24,490 bases of DNA from a bacterium (GTDB lineage Bacteria; SZUA-182; DTGQ01; JAFGSM01), in assembly GCA_049472335.1 (NCBI GenBank), contig JBLIRO010000073.1, positions 1-24,490 on the forward strand, written 5' to 3'. Shown here piece by piece: positions 15,911-24,401 of this stretch. Both the position numbers and the translations under genes were made by a program. The notes under the pieces are model-generated. The model did no database searches and was not told where the DNA came from. It saw only the letters and a list, made by a program, of their open reading frames with translations. Within the stretch, counting starts at the first letter, position 1. The number at the start of each line of letters is the position of its first letter.

Positions 15911-18475
15911 CTATGAGATAACCGGTAAAATGATAGTTACGGTTGTACCCTGGCCTGGAATTGAATCAATAGTAATTGTGCCTTTAAATTCTTCAATAAT
16001 AGATTTTGAGATTGCAAGGCCGAGTCCTGTTCCCTTATCAGGATCCTTGGTTGTAAAAAAAGGATCGAATATCTTCGGCATCAGGTTCTGAGGTATGCCC
16101 GCTCCATTATCGATCACTTGTATCTTTACAGTATTTTTAGAATCCCTCGATTCTTGTAAAGTGCGTATAGTTATTTCCTGTGAATTTTTAGGATGCCCGG
16201 TTTTTTTATGATCCGACAGGGCATCCCTGGCATTATTGATGAGGTTTAAAATCACCTCTTCCAAAGAAAAGGGGTTTGCAAGGATAAAGGGAAGTCCTTC
16301 CACAAGATCGCATTTCAATTTTAACCCCCTATACTCTAAATGAAACTCTATGAGATCCTGAGCGGATCTTATAACATCATTTATTTGTACAGGCAGAAGA
16401 TCCGGACTTTCAACCCCCCTTGCGAACTTACGGGTATGCTCGATTACATGGGTCATTCGCTCTGTTTGCTCGATGATCATTTGTACATTTTCCCGTATGG
16501 TTTTCTTGGAAAGATCCCACCCCCTGTCAAAACCGATAAGGATATGTTCTGCAAGACCACGGACGCCCGAAAGTGGCTGATTCAGCTCATGGGCCATCCC
16601 TGTAGCCATTTCACCTAAAGCGCTCAGTCTTTCAGATACAACTGCGCGCGCCCTTTGTTCCTCTAATTGGCGTTCGGCATCTTTTCTTGCCTTTTCCATC
16701 TGTCTTCGCTCAGTAATATCAATACCTAACTCCAAAACCAGTTGTGAATTATCGATATCTGTGAAAAGCCTGTCATACATCTCATAAATACTGCCGTCAG
16801 AGTTGGCTAGCTCCCATTTTTGAATTGCATGTGTTTTTATAATATTAAAAATTTTACATCCTTTACAGGGCTCGCTATAACCGTAAAAAATCTCATAACA
16901 TCTTCTTCCTTTCGGATCGCCAAAGATTTCCCTGAATTTACGGTTTGCAAAAGGTACAGAATAATCCCTCGATTTTAAACAAACAATTGCGGGCAGGATA
17001 TCCAAAACAGAAAAAAGCCTTTTTCTTTCTGCCCTGGCAACCTCTCTTTGACGCTCCGCTTCTACGATCATTATGCGCTCAGTGATATCTTTGGCAGTAC
17101 ATATGGCACAGATCATATGGCCATTTTTATCCTTCATAATAGACTTGCTGAAAAGGACAGGGATCATTTTGCCGTCTTTGGTTTTAAAATATGTCTCGTA
17201 ATTTTTGATTTCCCTTTTCTCGATCAGGACATTTAAATCCTTTTCAGCAAGAATAACCGTTATTGGTTTATTAGTAATCTCAGCATTGGGAAAGCCCAAA
17301 AGTTCGGAAAATGCCCTGTTGACCATTATGATTTTTCCATAATAATCAATAACGATCAAGGGATCCATCATGTTTTTGATGATATTATCCACATATTCCT
17401 TTGAAACAGTGGTATTTTTCAAGTCTTCCGTCATTTTGTTGAATGCAGAAGCCAGTTCCCCGATCTCATCATTTGAATTTGTTTTGATACGAATATTAAG
17501 ATCTCCTTCCCCGATCTTTTTGGTAATCCTAACCAGATTTACCACGGGAAGCGTAATGCCTTTGGCAATGAGTATCCCCATAATCGTCAGGATTCCCACT
17601 CCTATAAGTCCATATAATGTCCCGGTTCGGATAATTCCCATTGAGAGGTCCCGAACAAGTGGATTTTCAATCAAAATCATCAAATGGCCAATCACATTTT
17701 TATTATCAGAATCCAAAAAAGGCAAAAAAGCGACCGATGGTTCCCTGTTGCCAAAATGTACCCGTTCTAATATTATTTCATCACTTTCATCATTAATGAG
17801 CATTATGATTTTGGGGGGGAGTTCCGGATTGCTAATCTCCTCTGACATATGTGAAGAGGCTACCACCTTATTGTTCACAAGTAGATATAATGGTGTGTTC
17901 AGCTCTTTTTCCATTTGTTGACAGAATTGATTTCCCAGGTTGCTGCACAACTGTATAAAACCGATTACTTGGTCTTTATATGATACAGGGACAATTGCTA
18001 TAAGGATCAGGCTGTTTTCATATTGAATCAGATGAATTTTTTTAGACTCTTTTGAGTCGATTCTCTCTATTGTATGAAAACAATGTCCCGGATTTGGAAA
18101 TATATTATCTATGTTTGGGCTTTGCATAATAATCCTGCCTTCTGGATCAAAAACACCGAGAGAATAGTTCTCTGTAAATCCTTCTAGTCCTTTTAAGGCT
18201 TCCTTAATATGGGGTAATTGCCCGGAAGCCGAAAGCATGGGCGCCAGGAGTGAAGAGATGTTTTTCATCTCATTCAGAAGAAATGTTTTTTTAATCTCGA
18301 AATGTTGTCTTGCTGAATCTATTTTGCCCCGGGCCTCTTCTTTTATTATAAATCCTATTTTTTTATTAACAAAGTTGCTTAGGGAGCCTATTAACGAAAT
18401 GATAAGAACACAGAATATGATAACAAAAGGTAAAAGGATTTTTCGGGCAACCTTTTCCTTTTTTATTTTTTTCAC
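15911..18475 (-). CDS. Sensor histidine kinase (TM, extracytoplasmic Cache-like domain, TM, HAMP, PAS, PAS, HisKA, HATPase)
   Basis: HAMP DEIGELASAFNKM, PAS ends KDITER and IDITER, H-box MAHELNQPL, NLINNARDA, DNGAGIP, FDPFFTTK, GTGLGL. GTGA start/stop overlap with the upstream gene. Confidence 0.95.
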   Translation of the reverse strand: MKKIKKEKVARKILLPFVIIFCVLIISLIGSLSNFVNKKIGFIIKEEARGKIDSARQHFEIKKTFLLNEMKNISSLLAPMLSASGQLPHIKEALKGLEGFTENYSLGVFDPEGRIIMQSPNIDNIFPNPGHCFHTIERIDSKESKKIHLIQYENSLILIAIVPVSYKDQVIGFIQLCSNLGNQFCQQMEKELNTPLYLLVNNKVVASSHMSEEISNPELPPKIIMLINDESDEIILERVHFGNREPSVAFLPFLDSDNKNVIGHLMILIENPLVRDLSMGIIRTGTLYGLIGVGILTIMGILIAKGITLPVVNLVRITKKIGEGDLNIRIKTNSNDEIGELASAFNKMTEDLKNTTVSKEYVDNIIKNMMDPLIVIDYYGKIIMVNRAFSELLGFPNAEITNKPITVILAEKDLNVLIEKREIKNYETYFKTKDGKMIPVLFSKSIMKDKNGHMICAICTAKDITERIMIVEAERQREVARAERKRLFSVLDILPAIVCLKSRDYSVPFANRKFREIFGDPKGRRCYEIFYGYSEPCKGCKIFNIIKTHAIQKWELANSDGSIYEMYDRLFTDIDNSQLVLELGIDITERRQMEKARKDAERQLEEQRARAVVSERLSALGEMATGMAHELNQPLSGVRGLAEHILIGFDRGWDLSKKTIRENVQMIIEQTERMTHVIEHTRKFARGVESPDLLPVQINDVIRSAQDLIEFHLEYRGLKLKCDLVEGLPFILANPFSLEEVILNLINNARDALSDHKKTGHPKNSQEITIRTLQESRDSKNTVKIQVIDNGAGIPQNLMPKIFDPFFTTKDPDKGTGLGLAISKSIIEEFKGTITIDSIPGQGTTVTIILPVIS

Positions 18476-19470
18476 GGAGAAAGGACCTCTGCCAGATGGG
18501 CTTCAACTTTATCAGTTTTTGCTTCTGCGGTGAGTAATATCCCCGCACCAAGGCAAAGAAGGAACGTGGATATAACACCTAATAAACCCGAGACAAGATG
18601 GCCTGTTATTCTGTTTTTTACATAAGGAATAGAATAGTTGGGAAATGGCGCATTATAGTAAATCCTTTCATAGAACCCGGCAAAGCCGTGGTCTATGGCA
18701 AGTTTTTCGAGCCCTTTGGGTTTGCGGGAGGCAAAAGGGGATACGAATACGCCTATTATAAATGCCAAAGTCAATAAAAACACGATTATTTTTTTCATCT
18801 CTGGTTTTAGATTTTTATATTTTATCCCTTCTTCATTGCCGCTTGAAATGGCAAGAAATCCCGGGCTGATTTTGTGAATAAGGGCCAGCAAAAGCATACT
18901 TATAAGGCCTTCCATGATCCCGGCCAATACGTGTGGCCCAACCATAGGGCCAAGGGTTACGGCCAGAGAGTCGATTCCTGAGATGTAAAGCATCACGCAA
19001 ACCGTTATGGCTGTAATCAAGAGTGTTAACCAGGAAGATATAAATGCTCCGATATATGTACCGTAAGGTTCTATAACCAATGATCGAAAAGTCTTGTATA
19101 AATAATATCCTAAAAAAGTGCTGATAATAGCAAGTGTCAGGAGATTGGGCCCCAGACTGAGCAAACCCCCGTCCTGAAAGATGAAAAATTGAACCAGATG
19201 CATCAGGCTTATCATAATGGTAGATAGATAAGGGCCCAGCAAAATAGCGGAAAATACTCCACCCATGCAGTGGCATGAAGATCCTCTGGTTACTGAAAAG
19301 TTCGCAAGTTGTATGGCAAACACCAGTGCCCCGATGGAAGCTGCCAATAATAAAGTCGTGCGGTCTATTTTTCTCCAGACCTTTTTTACACAATAGCCTA
19401 TAATTCCAAGGCTAACTACATCCAGAGAAATACAAAGGCCAACACTATAGAAACCATCAGGTGCGTGCAT
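18472..19470 (-). CDS. cbiM: CbiM/NikM-family ECF S component fused to a NikN/PDGLE-like domain
   Basis: N-terminus MHAPDG, His67 in GSSCHCMGG, AILLGP, QDGGLLSLGPN, C-terminal PFASRKPKGLE (PDGLE-like) and many hydrophobic segments. Ni versus Co specificity is unresolved. Confidence 0.88.
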   Translation of the reverse strand: MHAPDGFYSVGLCISLDVVSLGIIGYCVKKVWRKIDRTTLLLAASIGALVFAIQLANFSVTRGSSCHCMGGVFSAILLGPYLSTIMISLMHLVQFFIFQDGGLLSLGPNLLTLAIISTFLGYYLYKTFRSLVIEPYGTYIGAFISSWLTLLITAITVCVMLYISGIDSLAVTLGPMVGPHVLAGIMEGLISMLLLALIHKISPGFLAISSGNEEGIKYKNLKPEMKKIIVFLLTLAFIIGVFVSPFASRKPKGLEKLAIDHGFAGFYERIYYNAPFPNYSIPYVKNRITGHLVSGLLGVISTFLLCLGAGILLTAEAKTDKVEAHLAEVLSP

Positions 19471-19620
19471 AATAACTTCTCATTTATTTTACTTAATGCA
19501 AATAAGTAAAAAATAATTAATAATTTTATATTATTATTATAAAATAAAATATCCTTGTGATCAATTTAATTTAGTTGCTTAAAATTCACAACTAGTCTGG
19601 CAGTTACTATTCAATGTCAT

Positions 19621-19659
19621 ATAAAAAGGGCCGGGAATTAAATTCCCGGCCCTTTTTAT
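19621..19659. terminator. Bidirectional intrinsic terminator downstream of hsp20
   Basis: Perfect 19-bp inverted repeat ATAAAAAGGGCCGGGAATT-a-AATTCCCGGCCCTTTTTAT with A/T tracts on both sides. Confidence 0.85.
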
Positions 19660-19694
19660 TCTTACCATCGATGCTGAAATCGGCTTTTAACCAT

Positions 19695-20153
19695 TTATTT
19701 CACATTGACAGTAATCTTCTTCGCCTGGTGCGTTTCGGACTTAGGGAGTGAAATCTCAAGTATCCCTTTATTGTAAGAGGCCTTTACCTTATCGCTGTCA
19801 ACCTCAGAGGGGAGTGGAATGGATCGATAAAAAGAACCATAACAACGTTCGGTCATATGATAGTTCTTTCTATCTTCCTTCTTTTCCTCTCTTTTCTCCC
19901 CTTTAATGGTTAATTCATTCTTATCTAAGGATATCTCAAAATCATCAGGTTCAAGGCCAGGGATCTCTGCCTTTACAATGATTTCTTTATCATTCTCTTC
20001 CATGTCAACCGCGGGAGACCTGAATTTAAATACTCCCCAAGGCCCAATATCCATGCCCATATTACGGCCAAAAAATTCATCAAAAATAGAATCGACATCT
20101 GACCTGAAATCTGCCAGTCTATGTCTTTCCGTCCAAGGTATAAGTGAAAACAT
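19695..20153 (-). CDS. Small heat-shock protein, Hsp20/alpha-crystallin family
   Basis: PAVDMEE, KAEIPGL, LTIKGEK, ERCYGSFYRSIPLP, ASYNKGILEISLPK; SD AAGGAGG. Confidence 0.95.
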   Translation of the reverse strand: MFSLIPWTERHRLADFRSDVDSIFDEFFGRNMGMDIGPWGVFKFRSPAVDMEENDKEIIVKAEIPGLEPDDFEISLDKNELTIKGEKREEKKEDRKNYHMTERCYGSFYRSIPLPSEVDSDKVKASYNKGILEISLPKSETHQAKKITVNVK

Positions 20154-20237
20154 AAACTATCCCTCCTTTCGGGATTTCCTGCATATTTTGCCTTTTGTAT
20201 CCTTGTCAGCATATTAGATAATATGCTTCATATAAGA

Positions 20238-20264
20238 GTAAATAATGATTGGTTCATTATTTAC
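20238..20264. promoter_or_regulatory. Palindromic operator candidate upstream of hsp20
   Basis: GTAAATAATGA-ttggt-TCATTATTTAC (perfect 11-bp arms), just downstream of a minus-strand TTGACA (20300-20295) and a TATA-rich -10 region. Confidence 0.55.
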
Positions 20265-20303
20265 AGTCTACTATATAAGATCGTACAGAGTATTTGTCAA
20301 AAA

Positions 20304-22733
20304 TTAGCCTATGCTAAAATTGAGTCTTTTGCCAAGGGCATTGAATTTTTGAAGTAGGTTCTGAAACTCTTTTTGTCCCGGTTTGCTTTTTTCCAATTCA
20401 GGCAGGCTGTTATTTAGAATTGAGTAATAAAGGTTTTGTATCTGCCACATCTCCATATCCAGCTTAAGTATTTCTGATATATCAAGAAGTGTATTTGCTA
20501 TATAGATTAAAGAATCCTGAAGAGGATTTTTGGTCATTTTCTTAATTGTGTATTCGAGGTTTTTTTTGATAATCTCCCTTAATAAAGGTTTCCCCAGATT
20601 GATTTGCCATTTGCGCCCTTGTTCCAAAATAGCAAGGATTGAATTTTTGGTTTTTTTACCTTTCATTAATCCCTCAATTTCAGATTTAAGTTCTATAGTC
20701 AGGGAATACTCGGCAGCAAGAAGAAATCCCCGGGGGACAGGAATGTCCATGCTGTTGAGCTGAGCCATAATTGCCTTATGGCTGTCATAGATCTTCCGGT
20801 AGGTTTGTTCAAAGTCCATCAAAATATGATGACTCATCAGTTGTCCTATTTTCCTTCTTTCGTCTAAAAAAAGATCCTTGAGACTTAGGGTAGTGCAATG
20901 AAAATTATGGTCCAGGTTCTTTTTGACCTTATCCACTTTACCCAAATTAAATTGCCAAAAGTGATACTTTACAAGTTTTAGAAAATTGTTGTTAAATGCC
21001 GAATCTTTTACATAAGTAAAAAATTTGGGTCCCCCCAGGTGGAGGACTGCAAACCGGGCCTCTAAAGATTCCTGGGTAATATTGTGGTTAATCTTGGTCT
21101 TGCCCATAGCCAGGCCTTTACCATCCTTAAATCCCTTTTGAAAATCCTTGACATCTATTTTAAAACAATATATTTTTTGCTCAGGTTCGTAGTTTTCAAA
21201 CAGGGAACTGATAGCATAGTGACTCAAAACTTTTTTCAGGTCCAATCTAAGCGGGAGAATCTCCTTTTGATAAATATCCTTTCCGGTTCCTTTTTCGTGA
21301 ATATTGCTTTTTGCCTCTGATAATATTTCCATAAAAGGATCCTCGATATTTTCCTCGGTAAAAGGGCTGGCCAATTGAATGGCCCTGGATGCATATTTTA
21401 GGATCTGTATGGCTTCGATGCCGGATATGTCGTCAAAAAACCAGCCGCAGCTTGTAAACATCAATTGGCCGAAACGTTGCATCTCCATTAATTTTAATAC
21501 TTTTATTTTTTTTGATAATTCTAGTAAATTAATCTGATGTTTGTCGAAAAAATCATTTCTTTGTTTTTCCGAGCGATCCAGAATGAGATCGATATAGTCA
21601 ATAAAGGCATCCCATGGATCCTTAAAATGTTTTCCGGCATGCTTTTCAAAGATATCGTCCAGCTTATTTTTTAGTTGATCGAGACACCTGCGTAACGGGA
21701 CTCGCCATCCCTGATTCCATTCCGGACGGGAGCCGGAATAACATCCACAGTCCCCTCTCCATCTTTCTATCCCATGAGCACAACTCCAGGATGTGTTTTC
21801 AATGATTTCCACTTGAAACATAGGTGAGTGGTGCTCCAGAAACTGACCATAATTGACAAGTCTTATATCACGTTCCTCTATATGGGAAAGCACATAGGCA
21901 AGTGCCATATCCCCGAATTTGTAATGATGGCCATAGGACTCTCCATCCGTGGCAACGGAAAGGATCGATGGCCAAATCCTTTTATCATTAAAACCTGATA
22001 ATAATCTGTTTATGAACAAATCGCCGCTGCTTAGTACTTTTTCGAAGGCAATCGAATTTGAGATCGGGCCGTCATAAAAAAAGATATCTATATGATTTCC
22101 GTCTCGTAGAAAGCACCTGTAGGGTAAAGTAGGGTCGATTTTCCCGCCTGTAACGCTCATCCACTCATGCGCGTCGATTTTTCTGATTCTCGAAGCCTGA
22201 TGAGGGGCCAGAACAGTAAATTTTATACCGGTCCTGGCTAAATGTTCTAAGGTTTCCAGATCGACAGCGGTTTCGGATAACCACATCCCTTCAGGAAACC
22301 GATCGAATCTTTTTTGGAAGTCTCTTATCCCCCATTGGATTTGTATCCATTTATCACGCTGGGATGCAAGCGGCATGATTATATGGTTATATACCTGGGC
22401 TATAGCATTCCCGTGTCCGTTTCTCTCTTTTACGCTATCCCTGTCCGCCTCCAGGATGGAATGATAGGTCTCTTGATCATGCCTTTCCATCCAGGAAAGT
22501 AGTGTGGGGCCAAAATTAAAGCTCATTAACCGGTAATTATTGGAAATCTTAAGGATACGATTTTTGCCATCCACTATTCTTGCTGCGGCATTCGGTGCGT
22601 AACATTCCGCCAGAATCCTTTCATTCCAGTCGTGGAAGGGTTTTGCCGAGTCCTGGACCTCCAGCTCATCCAACCATGGATTTTCACGGGGAGGTTGATA
22701 AAAATGTCCATGAATACAAAGATATCTTTCCAT
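20304..22733 (-). CDS. Glycoside hydrolase family 57 protein with DUF3536-type C-terminus
   Basis: HGHFYQPPRENPW, GMWLSETAVD (nucleophile E), ATDGESYGHH (acid/base D), SWSCAHG, MFTSCGWFFD. Confidence 0.92.
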   Translation of the reverse strand: MERYLCIHGHFYQPPRENPWLDELEVQDSAKPFHDWNERILAECYAPNAAARIVDGKNRILKISNNYRLMSFNFGPTLLSWMERHDQETYHSILEADRDSVKERNGHGNAIAQVYNHIIMPLASQRDKWIQIQWGIRDFQKRFDRFPEGMWLSETAVDLETLEHLARTGIKFTVLAPHQASRIRKIDAHEWMSVTGGKIDPTLPYRCFLRDGNHIDIFFYDGPISNSIAFEKVLSSGDLFINRLLSGFNDKRIWPSILSVATDGESYGHHYKFGDMALAYVLSHIEERDIRLVNYGQFLEHHSPMFQVEIIENTSWSCAHGIERWRGDCGCYSGSRPEWNQGWRVPLRRCLDQLKNKLDDIFEKHAGKHFKDPWDAFIDYIDLILDRSEKQRNDFFDKHQINLLELSKKIKVLKLMEMQRFGQLMFTSCGWFFDDISGIEAIQILKYASRAIQLASPFTEENIEDPFMEILSEAKSNIHEKGTGKDIYQKEILPLRLDLKKVLSHYAISSLFENYEPEQKIYCFKIDVKDFQKGFKDGKGLAMGKTKINHNITQESLEARFAVLHLGGPKFFTYVKDSAFNNNFLKLVKYHFWQFNLGKVDKVKKNLDHNFHCTTLSLKDLFLDERRKIGQLMSHHILMDFEQTYRKIYDSHKAIMAQLNSMDIPVPRGFLLAAEYSLTIELKSEIEGLMKGKKTKNSILAILEQGRKWQINLGKPLLREIIKKNLEYTIKKMTKNPLQDSLIYIANTLLDISEILKLDMEMWQIQNLYYSILNNSLPELEKSKPGQKEFQNLLQKFNALGKRLNFSIG

Positions 22734-22741
22734 AAAAATCT

Positions 22742-22770
22742 ACTATACTTAATCGACTATCCGGAGTCAA
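22742..22770 (-). promoter_or_regulatory. sigma70 promoter of the GH57 gene (leaderless geometry)
   Basis: Minus strand TTGACT, 17-nt spacer, TATAGT, then only 8 nt (AGATTTTT) to the ATG; no SD. Confidence 0.7.
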
Positions 22771-23306
22771 ATGAAATAATAGCTATTGTTTAATGTTTTT
22801 TTGAAAATATTATAATTTTCTTATATTTCTTTAATCGGCGTACATATTTTTTTTATTTTGTTTTTGTAATTATTGGAGATAAATGAATAGATAATATTAC
22901 ATTTTAAGGAGAAGAAAACAATACAAATTTACAGGCCATTTTGGTAGAAAAATAGTAAGAGAATAAGGTCTATATAAAAATTGGATTGAGCAATCACAGG
23001 AGAATTGTTAAAAATATTTTGCCTATTCGAGAGAACTGATTTTGTATATTTTGATTTTTTTGTATATTTTGGTAAAATTAAAATAAAGGACTCTAATAAT
23101 ATGATTATATTTTTTAATTCTAATTAAGATTTTGATTTTATGTAGAAGGGCAGAATATTGTTGCCATGATCCATTTTTATAGACTATTATAGACTATTAA
23201 TGATTAATTAATTGAAACTATTTTTAAGGAATTTTTTATACTTTGATAGTGTCCATATAAAAAGTTTGTACACCATGTCCATTAAAATATATCAATTTGT
23301 AACATC

Positions 23307-23455
23307 TTAGTTTTTTAAAAATGCACACTTCTTTTTCAATACTCAAGGGGTCAGGTCCTGAAATATTGACAATGAGTTTAAAGAGAATCGGAAATGAATT
23401 TGTTCTCCCGTTCTCATATTTAAAGACCCGATCCCACTTACTTTCAAACAACTAA
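23307..23455 (+). repeat. Structured leader element, copy B
   Basis: Core 23349-23427 is 65/79 identical to copy A. Stems: GGGGTCAGGTC/GACCCGATCCC, GAAATAT/ATATTT, GAGAA-CGG/CCGTTCTC, outer TTAGTT/AACTAA. Confidence 0.75.
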
Positions 23456-23673
23456 AATGTTATCTTTATTTAATGTAATTGAATATTAGGAGGTGTCCGG
23501 CTAATAGAATTTTTGAACAAAAAAATTATTTAGAAATAAAGTCTTTTGGAATTATTGTTTATGCTCTAATTTGTAAGTCCGAATTGAGTTATTATATAGC
23601 TTCCGAGGACAAAAGGAGTTTATGAACCAATCCTGTCCATTAAATTTATTAGTAAGAAGTGAGGAGTTATATT

Positions 23674-24342
23674 ATGTTTTCAAATAAGATAAATATCCTA
23701 ATAGTTATTACTATTATAGTATTCCTAAGCCTGATCATTTCATCAATGGTTCAATGTCAATACTGGACTGCACTACCACCTTATAATACACTTTGGCCAT
23801 TATGGTCCCCTGCCTTATCACCAGTAAACCCAACTACCGGCCTGCCCACGCCAATAGTAACTAGTTTGACACCAAGTACCATATTACCGGTTCAGCCTGG
23901 ATTGACCTGGGACCCTATTACGGAATTTCCCTGGCTTCTTTATAATTCCCCTTTCAATACACTCATCTTTTTTGATACTATATTTGGCATTAATCCTTGG
24001 CCACCCTCAAATTATGTATCGTATGGATTCAATTATATCAATGCAACACCAACGGGTAATTTTATTCCAATCAATCTGCCTGTAAATTATAGCGCTCTTC
24101 CTCCTACCGATCCCGCATGGATTTTAAGTACAGTGCCTTTGGTCAATGACTATTATGCTGCTTCATATCAATATTATATAAATAATGCCAATTCCATTTC
24201 ACCCCTCTTCCCGGTACTTCCACCGGGTTTCACACTGCCAGCCCTTCTTCCCAGTTTCCTAGACTCGCTTGTAACTGCGCCAATTAGTTCTTCTATAATT
24301 ATCCCCCCTGTTTTAAGTGCCAGTGCCATTTTGGGTATTTAG
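23674..24342 (+). CDS. Secreted Pro/aromatic-rich hypothetical protein
   Basis: SD GAGGAG (23661-23666) favours ATG 23674 over GTG 23659. Hydrophobic signal ending VQC-Q, Pro-rich mature region, terminator downstream. Confidence 0.8.
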   Translation: MFSNKINILIVITIIVFLSLIISSMVQCQYWTALPPYNTLWPLWSPALSPVNPTTGLPTPIVTSLTPSTILPVQPGLTWDPITEFPWLLYNSPFNTLIFFDTIFGINPWPPSNYVSYGFNYINATPTGNFIPINLPVNYSALPPTDPAWILSTVPLVNDYYAASYQYYINNANSISPLFPVLPPGFTLPALLPSFLDSLVTAPISSSIIIPPVLSASAILGI

Positions 24343-24367
24343 TCATAGATTTAGGTTAAAAAAGATA

Positions 24368-24401
24368 TTGGGCAGGCTATATTTGCCTGCCCAAATTTTT
24401 T
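24368..24401 (+). terminator. Intrinsic terminator
   Basis: TTGGGCAGGC-tatattt-GCCTGCCCAA followed by ATTTTTT, 25 nt after the stop codon. Confidence 0.8.

Noticed and set aside
17370..19393. Long alternative ORFs 17370-17921 (+) and 18833-19393 (-)
   Set aside because: Fully nested in the kinase and cbiM-like genes, with no motifs.
19471..19620. Cobalamin or NiCo riboswitch upstream of the cbiM-like gene
   Set aside because: The region is short and extremely AT-rich, with no B12-box or multi-stem GC pairing visible.
23149..23165. GGCAGAATATTGTTGCC as a sigma54 promoter for the last gene
   Set aside because: Spacing between GGCA and TTGC is wrong; it is only an imperfect palindrome.
23178..23199. 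10-bp tandem duplication TATAGACTAT x2
   Set aside because: Only two units and no spacers; likely a slippage duplication, not CRISPR or iterons.
23236..23451. 71-aa minus-strand ORF across repeat copy B
   Set aside because: Differences from copy A in this frame are mostly non-synonymous and copy A stops early, which argues for a non-coding element.
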